Below are positions 47,801 to 57,427 of a DNA stretch of 64,000 nt, piece after piece (the first letter of the stretch is position 1; each line of letters opens with the position of its first letter). Made by a program: the position numbers and the translations under genes. Source of the DNA: Muribaculaceae bacterium (GTDB taxonomy: Bacteria > Bacteroidota > Bacteroidia > Bacteroidales > Muribaculaceae); contig JAZSDX010000053.1 of the NCBI GenBank assembly GCA_045531405.1, forward strand, positions 13,582-77,581, read 5' to 3'. The notes under the pieces were generated by a model. That model ran no database searches, was not told the DNA's origin, and saw nothing but the letters and a program-made list of their open reading frames with translations.

Positions 47801-49543
47801 CGAAATATCGTCATATTCAATGCCTCGATATTCTATTGCATCAATTTTTGCATGTGCATTAATATCCATCTTTGCCCCAAATGGATTAAATCGTTGTCCT
47901 GTCGCCTTTAATGAACCTGTTAAATTCCCAAATCCCATTCGCGGAAGAAACGCATCAATTGGGAACTCGTTCATTGATAAATTAATGCCATACCCTTCAA
48001 CTCGACTATTCCACTTAGCATTCAATGCCATATTTCCTCCATTTGCAAGTGCTTTAAGATTTCCGTCAATTACTCCTGGTTTTATATCTACAATTCCCGC
48101 AAGAGTCATTGCCGGCACAACAAATTCATCATCGGCATCATCTGAGATTATTGCATTTACAAAATCGGCATCAACAATCTCTCCCGATAAATCAATTGCA
48201 CCTCGCATATGATTAAAATCTGTAATATTTGCAATATATCCTTTAACATCAACATTTGCTCTACCCGACAAATCAAATTTCAATTTATTTATGGACATAT
48301 CATTAATAGCACCTACAACATCTACATCAAGATATATTTTATCATTCAATGGCAATCCTTTTGCAAATGGTTCATATGTGGGAAACATCATAACAACATC
48401 TTTAACTGCAATTGCTCCGTTTCCAACCATAGCTACTGTTGCTTGAGAAATATCTGTATCAGTCCCTAACATAGCATTGACTTTCAATTGCGAATATGCT
48501 GTCATCAAATCAAAATCCCGAAGACTCATCGCGTTGCTATCCATTGAAAAAACGCCTTTCCCTATCAGTTCAACCCCACAGCGTTCGCGTGCTTTTATAT
48601 ATTTTATAGGGATTGAAATTTCTGATGCTTTATTATAAAAGGAGGCAATCTTAATATCAAGACTATCGACTTGAATATAATTAAAATCCATACCTGGCAT
48701 TGGTTTAGCATCAGCAATCGCATATAATGCTTTTGATTGATTTAAATCTATTGAATCAATAGCTATCAACCATGGTTTTGAGGCAGGTTCATTATTTTGG
48801 TCATCCTTATCAGTAATAGATGCTATATATGTAACTTCAAGTCCTTCGCCTTCAATCAATGAAGCTCCTATTGTTTGACTATTCAAATCAACCACAATAT
48901 CAGCCAACTGAGCATCTTTGAATCGAGCTTCAAGCGAGTCTATCGTCGATTCCAAAGCCATGTGGTAAGAAAAATCTGCTAAAATCAAGTCTTTGGCTTT
49001 TACTTTCCACTGAGTTGGAGGTGTTGTCGATATCGTATCAATAGACATTGATGTCGTATCTTTCTTCAATATTAAATCTACACGTCCACCTTCAATAACT
49101 GCATTAGATAAATCGATTTCATTTGCCGACAACGATACCGTTGCATCATCTAAATTTAATGACGACGCGACAATCTTCATAAACATCGCCGAATCAACAT
49201 CTCCCATAGCATAATTAGCCCCCGTTAAAGTTGCTTCATCAACAACTACATTTCCTCTTAGTAACGGGAACACCTCTATCGATGCCATTATTTTTTTTGC
49301 AACTACAAGTGAGTCATTTTGCCGGGACACTACCGACAATCCCTCTATCGCAATATCTAATGGGAAATCTATTTCTAATCTATCGAGGGTTAATTTTATT
49401 TTTTGCGTAGCATTTACTCTCGAAATCAATTCTTCACGCATTTGCTCTTGAAACCAGTCGGTATAAAAAACTTGCAATATGCCTAATAGTAGCAAAATCA
49501 CTCCAACTACTATCCACAAAATACTTTTTAATATTTTAGGCAT
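44870..49543 (-). CDS. tamB: Translocation and assembly module TamB-like protein (DUF490 C-terminus)
   Basis: About 1557 aa from the ATG at 49543 (MPKILKSILWIVVGVILLLLG, a single N-terminal TM anchor). The ORF-track start at 49561 is a TTG. Long beta-rich repetitive body. TamB-type C-terminus. Confidence 0.85.
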   Translation of the reverse strand: MPKILKSILWIVVGVILLLLGILQVFYTDWFQEQMREELISRVNATQKIKLTLDRLEIDFPLDIAIEGLSVVSRQNDSLVVAKKIMASIEVFPLLRGNVVVDEATLTGANYAMGDVDSAMFMKIVASSLNLDDATVSLSANEIDLSNAVIEGGRVDLILKKDTTSMSIDTISTTPPTQWKVKAKDLILADFSYHMALESTIDSLEARFKDAQLADIVVDLNSQTIGASLIEGEGLEVTYIASITDKDDQNNEPASKPWLIAIDSIDLNQSKALYAIADAKPMPGMDFNYIQVDSLDIKIASFYNKASEISIPIKYIKARERCGVELIGKGVFSMDSNAMSLRDFDLMTAYSQLKVNAMLGTDTDISQATVAMVGNGAIAVKDVVMMFPTYEPFAKGLPLNDKIYLDVDVVGAINDMSINKLKFDLSGRANVDVKGYIANITDFNHMRGAIDLSGEIVDADFVNAIISDDADDEFVVPAMTLAGIVDIKPGVIDGNLKALANGGNMALNAKWNSRVEGYGINLSMNEFPIDAFLPRMGFGNLTGSLKATGQRFNPFGAKMDINAHAKIDAIEYRGIEYDDISLDVEMANNNAEVKLMSENIGADLDIMACCQFEDSKMTWDVNADIRSLDLACLALMEQRAELSTMFSSRGQLDKEKHSMRGALQIDEVDWRSDSLNLAMKDINTKLMASDSVINMALRNKDMFAFLSTMEPLDTIMKKVTNVGDEFARQIDSRMIDVEKIQQALPKFNLDVRAGSNNILSEYLSSRNQTFERFVLKASNDSMINLSGQVLNYKMSTTAIDTLKFEATQYDKILMYNASIGNRPGTLDDYAQVVLDGYVANDLVSAHLQQQNVLGEMGYNIGALAQVGDSIVRFELFPEVPKLAYKSWNINDDNFIEYNIFTRHIDADVAMKNATSSINIFTQHDSTSQTSHQEDVILKVKNLKLTELVAFNPYAPSIKGDMSADIRLNWGDGRLNGNGVVSLEEFVVGKERVGTFVADLGVTTDKSGQTNASASLMIDGEKTMTLVGCINDTTSQSPFMMDFSVIHFPLKVLNPMIPKTIASLKGTLNGEMKIRGNQENPIFNGNLNFDTTAVMVTMTGTPLNFSQENIPIVDNVVSFDNFAISGVNKNPLMVDGMVDIGDLTLPKIDLTLKARDMQIVGSNKSKRADVYGKGFIDIDAGIKGDLSQIDVDATINLLGGSNITYIIPDATSTITSYNTEDMVKFVKFSDTTKVDATDKMVEAMLLKLDVDLVVSDGSTINVDLSADGKNKVQLQGNGVLNYSMDAMADSRLTGRYTINKGFVRYTPPLMSEKLFNFVEGSYVAFNGDMLNPILSLNAIDNIKANVTQEGQDSRLVNFDVKLSVSNTLNNMNVAFDLSTPEDMTIANELSSMSAEQRANQAMNMLLYNIYTGAGSKANSNLSGNPLYSFVESKLNTWAANNIGFVDVSFGIDQYDKTIDGSTSKTTSYSYKVSKTMFNDRFKIVVGGNYSTDAETDENYSQNLINDISFEYMLNRSGTMNVKLFRKVGFESILEGEITQTGVGFVYKRKLKSLRDLFR

Positions 49544-49578
49544 TATTTGTTTCAAAATCAAGGGCCCTACAAAGTGAA

Positions 49579-49586
49579 CAAATTTA
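49579..49586 (-). promoter_or_regulatory. Candidate -7 box TAAATTTG for tamB-tamA
   Basis: Reverse complement of caaattta. Lies about 36 nt upstream of the ATG at 49543. Confidence 0.35.
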
Positions 49587-49615
49587 GTTCAAAATCACCA
49601 TTTTTGCAAATTAAA

Positions 49616-49649
49616 AGTGCGCAATAGTTTTCATCTTCTATGGCGCACT
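49616..49649 (-). terminator. Hairpin after the DJ-1 gene (AGTGCGCAATAG..CTATGGCGCACT)
   Basis: Stem of 7+4 bp with one bulge. On the minus strand it is followed by TTTAATTTGC. Modest T content. Confidence 0.4.
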
Positions 49650-49673
49650 CTATTATCGTGATTTTATACTATC

Positions 49674-50249
49674 TTAGAAATAAAAATTCATTGAACGAGG
49701 GTAATGCAACATTCCACTACCAACTTCTTGAGCGACACCATCTCCCATCGAATTTGCAACTATAGCCAACGCAAAGCGCAAAGCCGTTGCCGGACCATTT
49801 GCGGTGATAATATTATTAAGGGCCACGACTGGAGTATCGCGCATAACTGCCTTCACACATTCGCCTTCAAATCCGGGATAGCAAGTTGCTTCTTTTCCAT
49901 CAAGAATGCCAAGAGGATAAAGCACCACGGCAGGAGCTGCACAAATTGCCGCAATTTTTCCTCCTGCTTGAGCATGAGCTTTCAATGCCCGATTAAGTGT
50001 TTCACAATTTGACAAATTGGTTGAGCCGGGCATACCCCCGGGAGCAATCAGCCATTCTGCATTAGCAAAATCCACTTCCGAGATTAGGATATCAGTCAAC
50101 ACGGGTATTCCATGTGCACCAAGCACTTTGTGTTCCTCTGTTATTGAGACTGTTTTCACATCCATACCAGCACGACGCATAACATCAACAACTGTTAGGG
50201 CTTCTATTTCCTCAAACCCTTCAGCCAAAAATAAAAATGAACGCTTCAT
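49674..50249 (-). CDS. DJ-1/PfpI (ThiJ) family protein
   Basis: 191 aa. EGFEEIEAL start and nucleophile-elbow motif AAICAAP. Confidence 0.88.
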   Translation of the reverse strand: MKRSFLFLAEGFEEIEALTVVDVMRRAGMDVKTVSITEEHKVLGAHGIPVLTDILISEVDFANAEWLIAPGGMPGSTNLSNCETLNRALKAHAQAGGKIAAICAAPAVVLYPLGILDGKEATCYPGFEGECVKAVMRDTPVVALNNIITANGPATALRFALAIVANSMGDGVAQEVGSGMLHYPRSMNFYF

Positions 50250-50570
50250 AAAAATTTACATTAAGTTTTGTAGGTTAATAATTCTTTTTGTTTTATGATT
50301 TTGTAAAGTTATATAAAAAACAACACATTTCAAATCTTTTTTGTTCTTGTCGCATCAATATTTTCTCAAAAAAATAATCGCACTAAAAATCTTAATGCGC
50401 GTTAACCTATCCTTAGATAAGCCTTATATCTTTCACCAAACATAGTACAATATAGTTTTTTTACACTAAAAACATCTAAAACTTTGCAAACATCGAAGAA
50501 TTAACAGATTTTAACACTGAAATCAATAGTTAGTTTGTAACTTTAACAAATAAACAAAATTATAACTGCC

Positions 50571-51281
50571 ATGAGAGTAAAAATCCTTGTTGTTGATGAC
50601 GAAGAATCAATTTGCGAGATTCTAAAATATAACCTTGAAAAAGAAGGATACGAAGTAGATTGTGCATATAGTGCCGAAGATGCCCTTGGTCATGATCTTG
50701 CCGGTTATTCTATTTTTATTTTAGATATAATGATGGACCGTTTAAGTGGTTTTGATTTCGCAAAACGCCTAAAAAATAACGTGGCGACCGAAAATACCCC
50801 TATCATATTCTGCTCGGCACTTGATGGAGAAGATGACACAGTGATGGGACTAAACATCGGAGGAGATGATTATATAACCAAACCATTTGTAATAAGCGAA
50901 GTTTTGGCTCGAGTGAGAGCCGTATTGCGTCGCTCCCATATCACCCATCACCATGCTTACAACATTTCTAAAAGCATCTATGAGCCCGACATTACATTTA
51001 AGTCTCTTCGTGTTGACCGCAACGAGAAATTAGGATATGTAAACGGAGAAGAAATACAATTGACAAAAACCGAATTCGATATTCTATTATTCTTCCTCAC
51101 ACATCGCAATCGCATATACTCTCGCGAAGAAATAATTCGTCAAGTGTGGGGTTGTGATGTAGTAGTAACAAATCGCACTATCGACACCAACATCACCCGA
51201 CTTCGCAAAAAACTCGGAGAATATGGCAACAATATTATCACTCGCTTAGGATTTGGATATGGGTTCAAGGAAACCGTATAG
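50571..51281 (+). CDS. OmpR/PhoB-family response regulator
   Basis: 236 aa. Receiver domain (ILVVDDEESI, ILDIMMD, KPF) plus a winged-helix output domain (LTKTEFDILLFFLTHRNRIYSREEI). Confidence 0.92.
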   Translation: MRVKILVVDDEESICEILKYNLEKEGYEVDCAYSAEDALGHDLAGYSIFILDIMMDRLSGFDFAKRLKNNVATENTPIIFCSALDGEDDTVMGLNIGGDDYITKPFVISEVLARVRAVLRRSHITHHHAYNISKSIYEPDITFKSLRVDRNEKLGYVNGEEIQLTKTEFDILLFFLTHRNRIYSREEIIRQVWGCDVVVTNRTIDTNITRLRKKLGEYGNNIITRLGFGYGFKETV

Positions 51282-52659
51282 TTATCAATGGCGACTATTT
51301 GTTCCTCTTGTTACATTGCTGTGGTCAACAATTACAGCAATGGTGTTTTTTCAATACAAACGCGAACAATCATATCGAAGTGACATTGTTAGGAACCGGC
51401 TCGAATTTGTGACACAACGTGTGATATATGCCTACGAACACAATGCCAACTTAGCCCCATTTACTAAATTCATCACCGATTATTTCAAACAATCGGTTTA
51501 TAACGATGCTCGAATTTCGGTATATAATACCAGCTCCAACGAATTGGTTTACTCATTTGGAGACCCAATCAAACTACACAAAACGGAAGCTGACAAACGT
51601 CCAAACTTTTTTTACTCAGAAAAAGCGACTAAAGACAAGAATTTTATCGTCTATACAGCTATGCCTCATACGGTAAGTTTGGCAGAAGCACTTTCGCCCG
51701 ATAGTACCATGTGGATTACCATTATAATCCTTGCGCTTGTTGTAACTATTATTGCATTTTTTTCCACTCACTACATCAGCAAAACAGTAAAACTTCTGCG
51801 CAATTTTGCCAAACAGGCTGCTACCGAAAAACACCTTGACTCTACTTTTGAATTTCCCAAAGATGAGTTAGGTGATGTATCACAACAAATCGTGAACTTA
51901 TTTAACAGCAAAAACAAAGCTATCGAAGATAGTGAAAAAGAACATAAAGTAGCGCTCGCCGCTATCGAAGAAAAGAGCCGTATCAAACGAGAATTAACCA
52001 ACAATATCAGTCATGAAATAAAAACTCCGGTGGGTATAATTAAAGGGTATGTTGACACCATTGCTGACGATCCTGAAATGCCAGAAGAGACTCGAAACCA
52101 TTTCATTTCAAAAACGCAAGAGCAAATAACTCGTCTTTGTAATTTGCTAAATGATATTTCAACCATTACAAGACTCAATGAATCCACAGCTGCCATACCT
52201 ACCGAAAAATTAAACTTCCATGACCTTATATACACTATTGTTAACGACGTCATAGAATCAGGTTCAACAAATGGGATGGAGCTAACATTCGACATTCCAC
52301 TCAACTGCTATATCAATGGTAATTCATCATTATTAAATAGCACTATTCTTAACTTAATTAAGAATTCTGTAGCATATTCACGTGGCACATCGATGCGACT
52401 TGAAATGATTGGAGAATCACTAAAATTCTATACATTCCGATATTACGACAACGGGACTGGGGTTGATGAAGAACATATCCCCAACCTTTTTGAAAGGTTT
52501 TACCGCATCGATGCCGGACGTTCACGCAAAGCCGGAGGTACTGGTTTAGGGCTACCCATCGTAAAAAACACGATTAACACTCATGGAGGAAAAATTACCG
52601 TTAGAAACCGTCAAGAAGGAGGTCTTGAATTCTCATTCACACTCCCTAAAGCGAAGTAA
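51259..52659 (+). CDS. Sensor histidine kinase (HisKA + HATPase_c)
   Basis: ATG at 51259 (the ORF-track start at 51253 is a TTG). Two TM segments. H-box NNISHEIKTPV. N-box LIKNSVAYS. G-boxes DNGTGV and GGTGLGL. Confidence 0.9.
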   Translation: MGSRKPYSYQWRLFVPLVTLLWSTITAMVFFQYKREQSYRSDIVRNRLEFVTQRVIYAYEHNANLAPFTKFITDYFKQSVYNDARISVYNTSSNELVYSFGDPIKLHKTEADKRPNFFYSEKATKDKNFIVYTAMPHTVSLAEALSPDSTMWITIIILALVVTIIAFFSTHYISKTVKLLRNFAKQAATEKHLDSTFEFPKDELGDVSQQIVNLFNSKNKAIEDSEKEHKVALAAIEEKSRIKRELTNNISHEIKTPVGIIKGYVDTIADDPEMPEETRNHFISKTQEQITRLCNLLNDISTITRLNESTAAIPTEKLNFHDLIYTIVNDVIESGSTNGMELTFDIPLNCYINGNSSLLNSTILNLIKNSVAYSRGTSMRLEMIGESLKFYTFRYYDNGTGVDEEHIPNLFERFYRIDAGRSRKAGGTGLGLPIVKNTINTHGGKITVRNRQEGGLEFSFTLPKAK

Positions 52660-52763
52660 TAATCCAACACCAACAGAATAAAACATCGACACATCAATAA
52701 ATAATTAAGGTGTATCAACTTCAAATTGACACACCCTCTTAATTCATATCGCAATTTTGGAGA

Positions 52764-53834
52764 CTAATTATATGCACTGATTGTTTGTTTCACAACCATA
52801 TTCCAGTTATATTCCGAAAGGTCATATTTTCTAATGTCCTTTTCGTTGTATTTTTCAACTATACGATTCACAAAACTTTCCACATTGCCCTTTTCTGCAT
52901 AGCAATTTGAGGGTAGTTCCACCAAATGTGTTGCAGGAATATCAGAAACGACCATAGGTAAGTCATAATTCATTGCCTCGAGCATTACCAATGGAAAACC
53001 TTCGTTTTCAGATGATAAAACAAACATACGTGCATGGCTATATAGCTGACGAAGATTTTCACCACCCACAAAGCCGGCAAAAATCACTTTATTGTTCACA
53101 TCTAATTCTTTTAGACGCTGCAAATAGCCATCGCCATGATCGGTAGCTCCCGCTATTACCAATTGCTTTACTTCATCAAGCTTATTTACAGCCTCAACAA
53201 GATATTCAAATCCTTTTTCAGGTGTTAAACGCCCTACTCCAAGCACATACTCTCCTTTCTTTGCCCCTATTTTATCAATATAATCGGTTGCTTCACTTCG
53301 AGATATATCGTCTATTCCATTTGGAATATATACCGATTTTTTTTGAATCGACAATGGAGCTTTCTCCATCTGAAATTTATTCACAAAAATTATTTTGTTA
53401 GCAAATCCAAACGATAACGACTCACTCGTGCGAAGTATCAATTTTGCTATTGTTCCCCACTTTTTATGTTCATAATTGGGGCTATGATATGTGATTACCA
53501 CCTTAAACCCATACAATCGCAATAGAGGGGTAAACATTCCCGGACCTATGTTGTGAATATGCACCACATCTACACGATGAAACAACAAGTGCATACAACA
53601 CAAGAAGGTATGAAAAACAGCCTCAAATCCTTTAATTCGAGTAGAGGGAAGATCAACAAATGAAATACGGGGATAATGAGCCAATCTCGTTTCAGATGAC
53701 ATATACGGACGGCGACGATACACCTTTATCGCTTCAACAAAGCCACCAAAGCGAGGATATAAACACTCGCAGTGACGCTCCACCCCACCTTGAATATCGG
53801 GGAATCCCCTTGTGCCTATTACTGCGACCCTCAT
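52764..53834 (-). CDS. Glycosyltransferase family 4 with a DUF1972-type N-terminus
   Basis: 356 aa. MRVAVIGTRGFPDIQGGVERHCE start. GT4 C-terminal motif (SENEGFPLVMLEAM). Confidence 0.85.
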   Translation of the reverse strand: MRVAVIGTRGFPDIQGGVERHCECLYPRFGGFVEAIKVYRRRPYMSSETRLAHYPRISFVDLPSTRIKGFEAVFHTFLCCMHLLFHRVDVVHIHNIGPGMFTPLLRLYGFKVVITYHSPNYEHKKWGTIAKLILRTSESLSFGFANKIIFVNKFQMEKAPLSIQKKSVYIPNGIDDISRSEATDYIDKIGAKKGEYVLGVGRLTPEKGFEYLVEAVNKLDEVKQLVIAGATDHGDGYLQRLKELDVNNKVIFAGFVGGENLRQLYSHARMFVLSSENEGFPLVMLEAMNYDLPMVVSDIPATHLVELPSNCYAEKGNVESFVNRIVEKYNEKDIRKYDLSEYNWNMVVKQTISAYN

Positions 53835-55027
53835 TGATATAACTTTTCTAATTGTTGGAAATGAGTGTCAAACGAAAAACGCTCTTGCGACGCATTTGCA
53901 ATTTGAACATAATTATATTTATCGGCTTGCATCATTAGAGCAATTGCACGTTGTAAATCTTCTACATTGCCCGACTCAAATACTACGCCACTATTTTCGT
54001 CAATCAATTCAGGGATACCACCAATATTAGCACCAACAATAGGAATTCCGGCACACAATGCCTCAATCACACTCAACGGATTATTTTCATAACACTCCGA
54101 TGGCAACACCAAGAATTTAGCTTTCGACAATATTGCAGCTACATTTTCAGCACTTTGATGACCTAAGAATTCTATTTGCTTACAATTGCCATAATCAGCC
54201 ACCAATCCATCATATAAAGGACCTCCGCCAAGCAATTTCAACTTATAAGGCAATTCTTTTGCAGCTTTAAGCAATGTCGCAACTCCCTTTTCGTCCGACA
54301 ATCGTCCGACGTAAACATAGAATTCTTCTCTTGTATTTAAAACTTCGGTATTCTTTAATTGCACAAGTTTTACGGGATCTACAAAGTTACAAACCACCTT
54401 CAATTTATCCTCTTGCAATCCTGCTTTTAGCATCTGACGTTTGATAAAAGAACTTGGACAGATAAAATAGTCAACATATTGTTGAATCTTTTTCACGTTC
54501 CATTTTTTTGCCTCAAAATAAGCCAAAATACTTGCGGGCAAACTATCTTTAAAGCATCGCTCCTTTACTACGTTTATCTTTGAAGTGAAACATTTTTCAC
54601 AAATTCGTCCTCTGTTCAAGCAACTATAAGCCGGACATGCCAATTTATAGTCGTGAAGAGTCCATACCACTTTACAGCCAAATTCTTTAGCAAGTTTTAT
54701 TACTGCAGGAGATAAATAAGAGTGAACATTATGAAGGTGCACAATATCGGGTTTAAAATCTTGCAAAGCCTTCTTAAATGAAGATTTAATATCTTGATAA
54801 CCCATTGTGCGCATCGCAAACTTAATTTTATCGTTCATTCCACCCGCAAAATCTACTTGTGATGCAGTATAAAAATTTTTAGGAGAAAGATTCAAAGGAT
54901 AGTCCATAGTAAATACCCCTATCTCATATCCACGTTTTTCCAAGTCATTAGCCATATTTATGGCCACAACCTCTGCTCCTCCTCGTGTATAATAGAATTT
55001 ACTTACAAGTAATATTCTTTTTCCCAT
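53831..55027 (-). CDS. Glycosyltransferase family 4
   Basis: 398 aa. N-terminus KFYYTRGGAEV. EX7E-region (PSECYENNPLSVIEALCAGIP). Confidence 0.85.
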   Translation of the reverse strand: MGKRILLVSKFYYTRGGAEVVAINMANDLEKRGYEIGVFTMDYPLNLSPKNFYTASQVDFAGGMNDKIKFAMRTMGYQDIKSSFKKALQDFKPDIVHLHNVHSYLSPAVIKLAKEFGCKVVWTLHDYKLACPAYSCLNRGRICEKCFTSKINVVKERCFKDSLPASILAYFEAKKWNVKKIQQYVDYFICPSSFIKRQMLKAGLQEDKLKVVCNFVDPVKLVQLKNTEVLNTREEFYVYVGRLSDEKGVATLLKAAKELPYKLKLLGGGPLYDGLVADYGNCKQIEFLGHQSAENVAAILSKAKFLVLPSECYENNPLSVIEALCAGIPIVGANIGGIPELIDENSGVVFESGNVEDLQRAIALMMQADKYNYVQIANASQERFSFDTHFQQLEKLYQ

Positions 55028-55085
55028 ATAAAAAATACGTCTCTTTATTTAAGAAACGTATTTAATTAACCTTTTATTACATCAA

Positions 55086-55211
55086 TCAACATTTATCTGC
55101 CATTAGTTTCTGCATTATTGCAAAAAGTTGTTTATTGACAATATTTGACCACTCATATTTAGCCATTGAACTACGGACATTTACAACTATTCCAACTCCC
55201 CCTTGTTTATG
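55086..55211 (-). pseudogene. 3'-terminal relic of a glycosyltransferase gene
   Basis: The minus-strand frame reads HKQGGVGIVVNVRSSMAKYEWSNIVNKQLFAIMQKLMADKC*. The stretch VRSSMAKYEWSNIVNKQLFAIM aligns with IRRTMADYEWGNIVAKKLIPIL at the C-terminus of the adjacent intact gene 55228-56304. Confidence 0.6.
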
Positions 55212-55227
55212 TTACATCATCCTAATT

Positions 55228-56304
55228 TTATTTTTTTTGTTTTGAAACCATTGTTAATATTGGGATTAGCTTCTTCGCAACAATATTTCCCCATTCATAA
55301 TCAGCCATTGTGCGTCTTATCTCTGTTGCGTTCAGTGACGTTCGTTTCATTAAATAATATCGTTCCAATGCTTCTGCAAATGCATCTGCGGTATCTTGAT
55401 GTAAAATTCCATTTTTACTTGATATTATTAATTTATTTTCATATGTATTAGTTGCCAAACTATATATTCCAGACAATGCATATTCAAATATCTTTGTTGA
55501 TGGCTGACAATCATAATAAGGCGTCATTGGAACAAATGCAACTCCTACATTTGCATAATTAAAATATGGCTCTAATTCTTTATAATTTTTTTGTCCATGA
55601 AAAGACACAAATCCCCCTAAGTTATTCCGTTCAATCGACTGTGTTAATGTTTGAACTTCATATTCTGCACCATATCCAATTATATCATAATTTACATCTG
55701 CTTGTGGATATTTCTTTTTGAAAATCGCAACACCTTCTACTGTTAAATAAATATTTCTCTGATTCAACGAGCCAACATAGAGTATGTTTAATTTTTCATA
55801 ATTCTTATCCTTATCACAAATCACATCAGAACCCAATGGAACAATATCACATTTATTTTTATTTAAATGCAATTTTTTTGCTAACGAATCAGATAATGTT
55901 ATAATATAATTACATCGATTTGATTCAAACCGAATTAACCAATTATATAGTTTCCTTTTTATGGAATTCTTTGAGATATCTCCTGTTCGCACATTTGCAA
56001 TAACAGGAACGTTCCCAAAACTTCCTAACAAACAACTAAATCCCTTAAAGCTAGCTAATAATGCAACATCATATTTTTCTTCTCTTACTACCGAATCTAT
56101 TACTTCTTTAAATTTCAATCTCCACTTAATAGATTTCGGTTCATCGATATGAATTGTCCTAACCCCATTCAATTCAACTTTTTTTAGATGTTGGTCATTT
56201 CCTATATATGTTATAGTATGACCAGCATCAACCAAATGGACACAATAATGATAGTACCCAGCAGAATAGCCAAATTGACTCTGATTTACCATTAATATAT
56301 TCAT
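55228..56304 (-). CDS. Glycosyltransferase (GT4/GT1-like)
   Basis: 358 aa. GT-B-like organisation. C-terminal E..E region (PSTKIFEYALSG). Confidence 0.75.
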   Translation of the reverse strand: MNILMVNQSQFGYSAGYYHYCVHLVDAGHTITYIGNDQHLKKVELNGVRTIHIDEPKSIKWRLKFKEVIDSVVREEKYDVALLASFKGFSCLLGSFGNVPVIANVRTGDISKNSIKRKLYNWLIRFESNRCNYIITLSDSLAKKLHLNKNKCDIVPLGSDVICDKDKNYEKLNILYVGSLNQRNIYLTVEGVAIFKKKYPQADVNYDIIGYGAEYEVQTLTQSIERNNLGGFVSFHGQKNYKELEPYFNYANVGVAFVPMTPYYDCQPSTKIFEYALSGIYSLATNTYENKLIISSKNGILHQDTADAFAEALERYYLMKRTSLNATEIRRTMADYEWGNIVAKKLIPILTMVSKQKK

Positions 56305-57416
56305 ACACTTCCTTTTTTTTGATATGAATTAAATATATCAATAATCTTTTGTGCGCAATAGGTATTTGTCAACTTTTCCCGATATTTAATACAATTACCC
56401 ACATAATATTCATTATCGTCAATTATTTTTGCCAATTCTTCAATATCCCAATTATCTTTCACTATCCCCAATTGATTATTTGAAATAGTAATAGCTGTTG
56501 TTGGTACTGAATTTGTCAAAATTGGTGTTCCACTAACAATTGATTCTGGTATTGACACCATATTTATGTCTTGAGCAGTATGAACCAATAACGCTTTTGA
56601 TTTTGACACATATTGATTCATCTCCATATGTGTTATAAACCCCGTGAAAAACACATTGTTTGAAATACCTAATTTTTTTGTTAAATCTTTTAATTCTTGC
56701 TCTAATTCCCCTCGTCCAATTATGTACAATTTATAATTCCTATATTTTTCAATTTGCAATAATTTAGCAAATTTCTTTATTAATAAATCTACATTTTTTC
56801 GTCTTATTAATTGTGATATAATTACCAACTGATTATTCTTTTCCGACGATGCTATAAATTTATCCGTATTTACTCCATGATCAACAATTTCAGAACTGGT
56901 ATTCTTGAAATACTTCCTCACAAAATCATATGCAGCGACAGAACGAGGTACTACGATTATATCCTTTTGGAATAACGGAGCTACTACATTATGCCAAATT
57001 TTAGAAGGCAATCTATGAAACTTTCGTTGATGAGCTGCGAGTTCCTGCCATGCGACCGTCTTCTTCGCGCAGGCCTTAGAAGCAGCCAATGTCGGAAAAG
57101 CAAACACTTCACTTGAAAGCATCATATCATACTTATGTTGATTCTTTTTTACAAATTTATTTAAATCCGATGAATATGGTAATACAGTCGGTAGAAAAAT
57201 TTTTTCATATATTGATTTAAAAAATATAATTTCAAAATCATAATCCTCTTCTTCTATTGGCCTATATTCATCTGCCGCAACCAATGTCACCTTGTGCCCA
57301 AGTTTTTTAAATCCTAAACACATTGTATATATCATTGTATCTTTTATAGATTTTACTCTAGGAATTACTCCTTTATCCGGAGTAAACAATATACTATTTA
57401 ACACCAATATATTCAT
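56301..57416 (-). CDS. Glycosyltransferase family 4
   Basis: ATG at 57416 (MNILVLNSILF). The ORF-track start at 57440 is a GTG. GT4-like C-terminal half (MVSIPESIVSGTPILT). Confidence 0.8.
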   Translation of the reverse strand: MNILVLNSILFTPDKGVIPRVKSIKDTMIYTMCLGFKKLGHKVTLVAADEYRPIEEEDYDFEIIFFKSIYEKIFLPTVLPYSSDLNKFVKKNQHKYDMMLSSEVFAFPTLAASKACAKKTVAWQELAAHQRKFHRLPSKIWHNVVAPLFQKDIIVVPRSVAAYDFVRKYFKNTSSEIVDHGVNTDKFIASSEKNNQLVIISQLIRRKNVDLLIKKFAKLLQIEKYRNYKLYIIGRGELEQELKDLTKKLGISNNVFFTGFITHMEMNQYVSKSKALLVHTAQDINMVSIPESIVSGTPILTNSVPTTAITISNNQLGIVKDNWDIEELAKIIDDNEYYVGNCIKYREKLTNTYCAQKIIDIFNSYQKKGSV

Positions 57417-57427
57417 ATTATTTCTTT

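Noticed and set aside
52709-52735. Hairpin GGTGTATCAA..TTGACACACC between the histidine kinase and the first glycosyltransferase, considered as a terminator.
   Set aside because: The stem has a mismatch and there is no T-run on either side. It is too weak to annotate as a feature.
55203-55451. 82-aa plus-strand ORF across the glycosyltransferase gap.
   Set aside because: It is antisense to the 3' end of an intact glycosyltransferase. The informative signal in this gap is the minus-strand glycosyltransferase relic.
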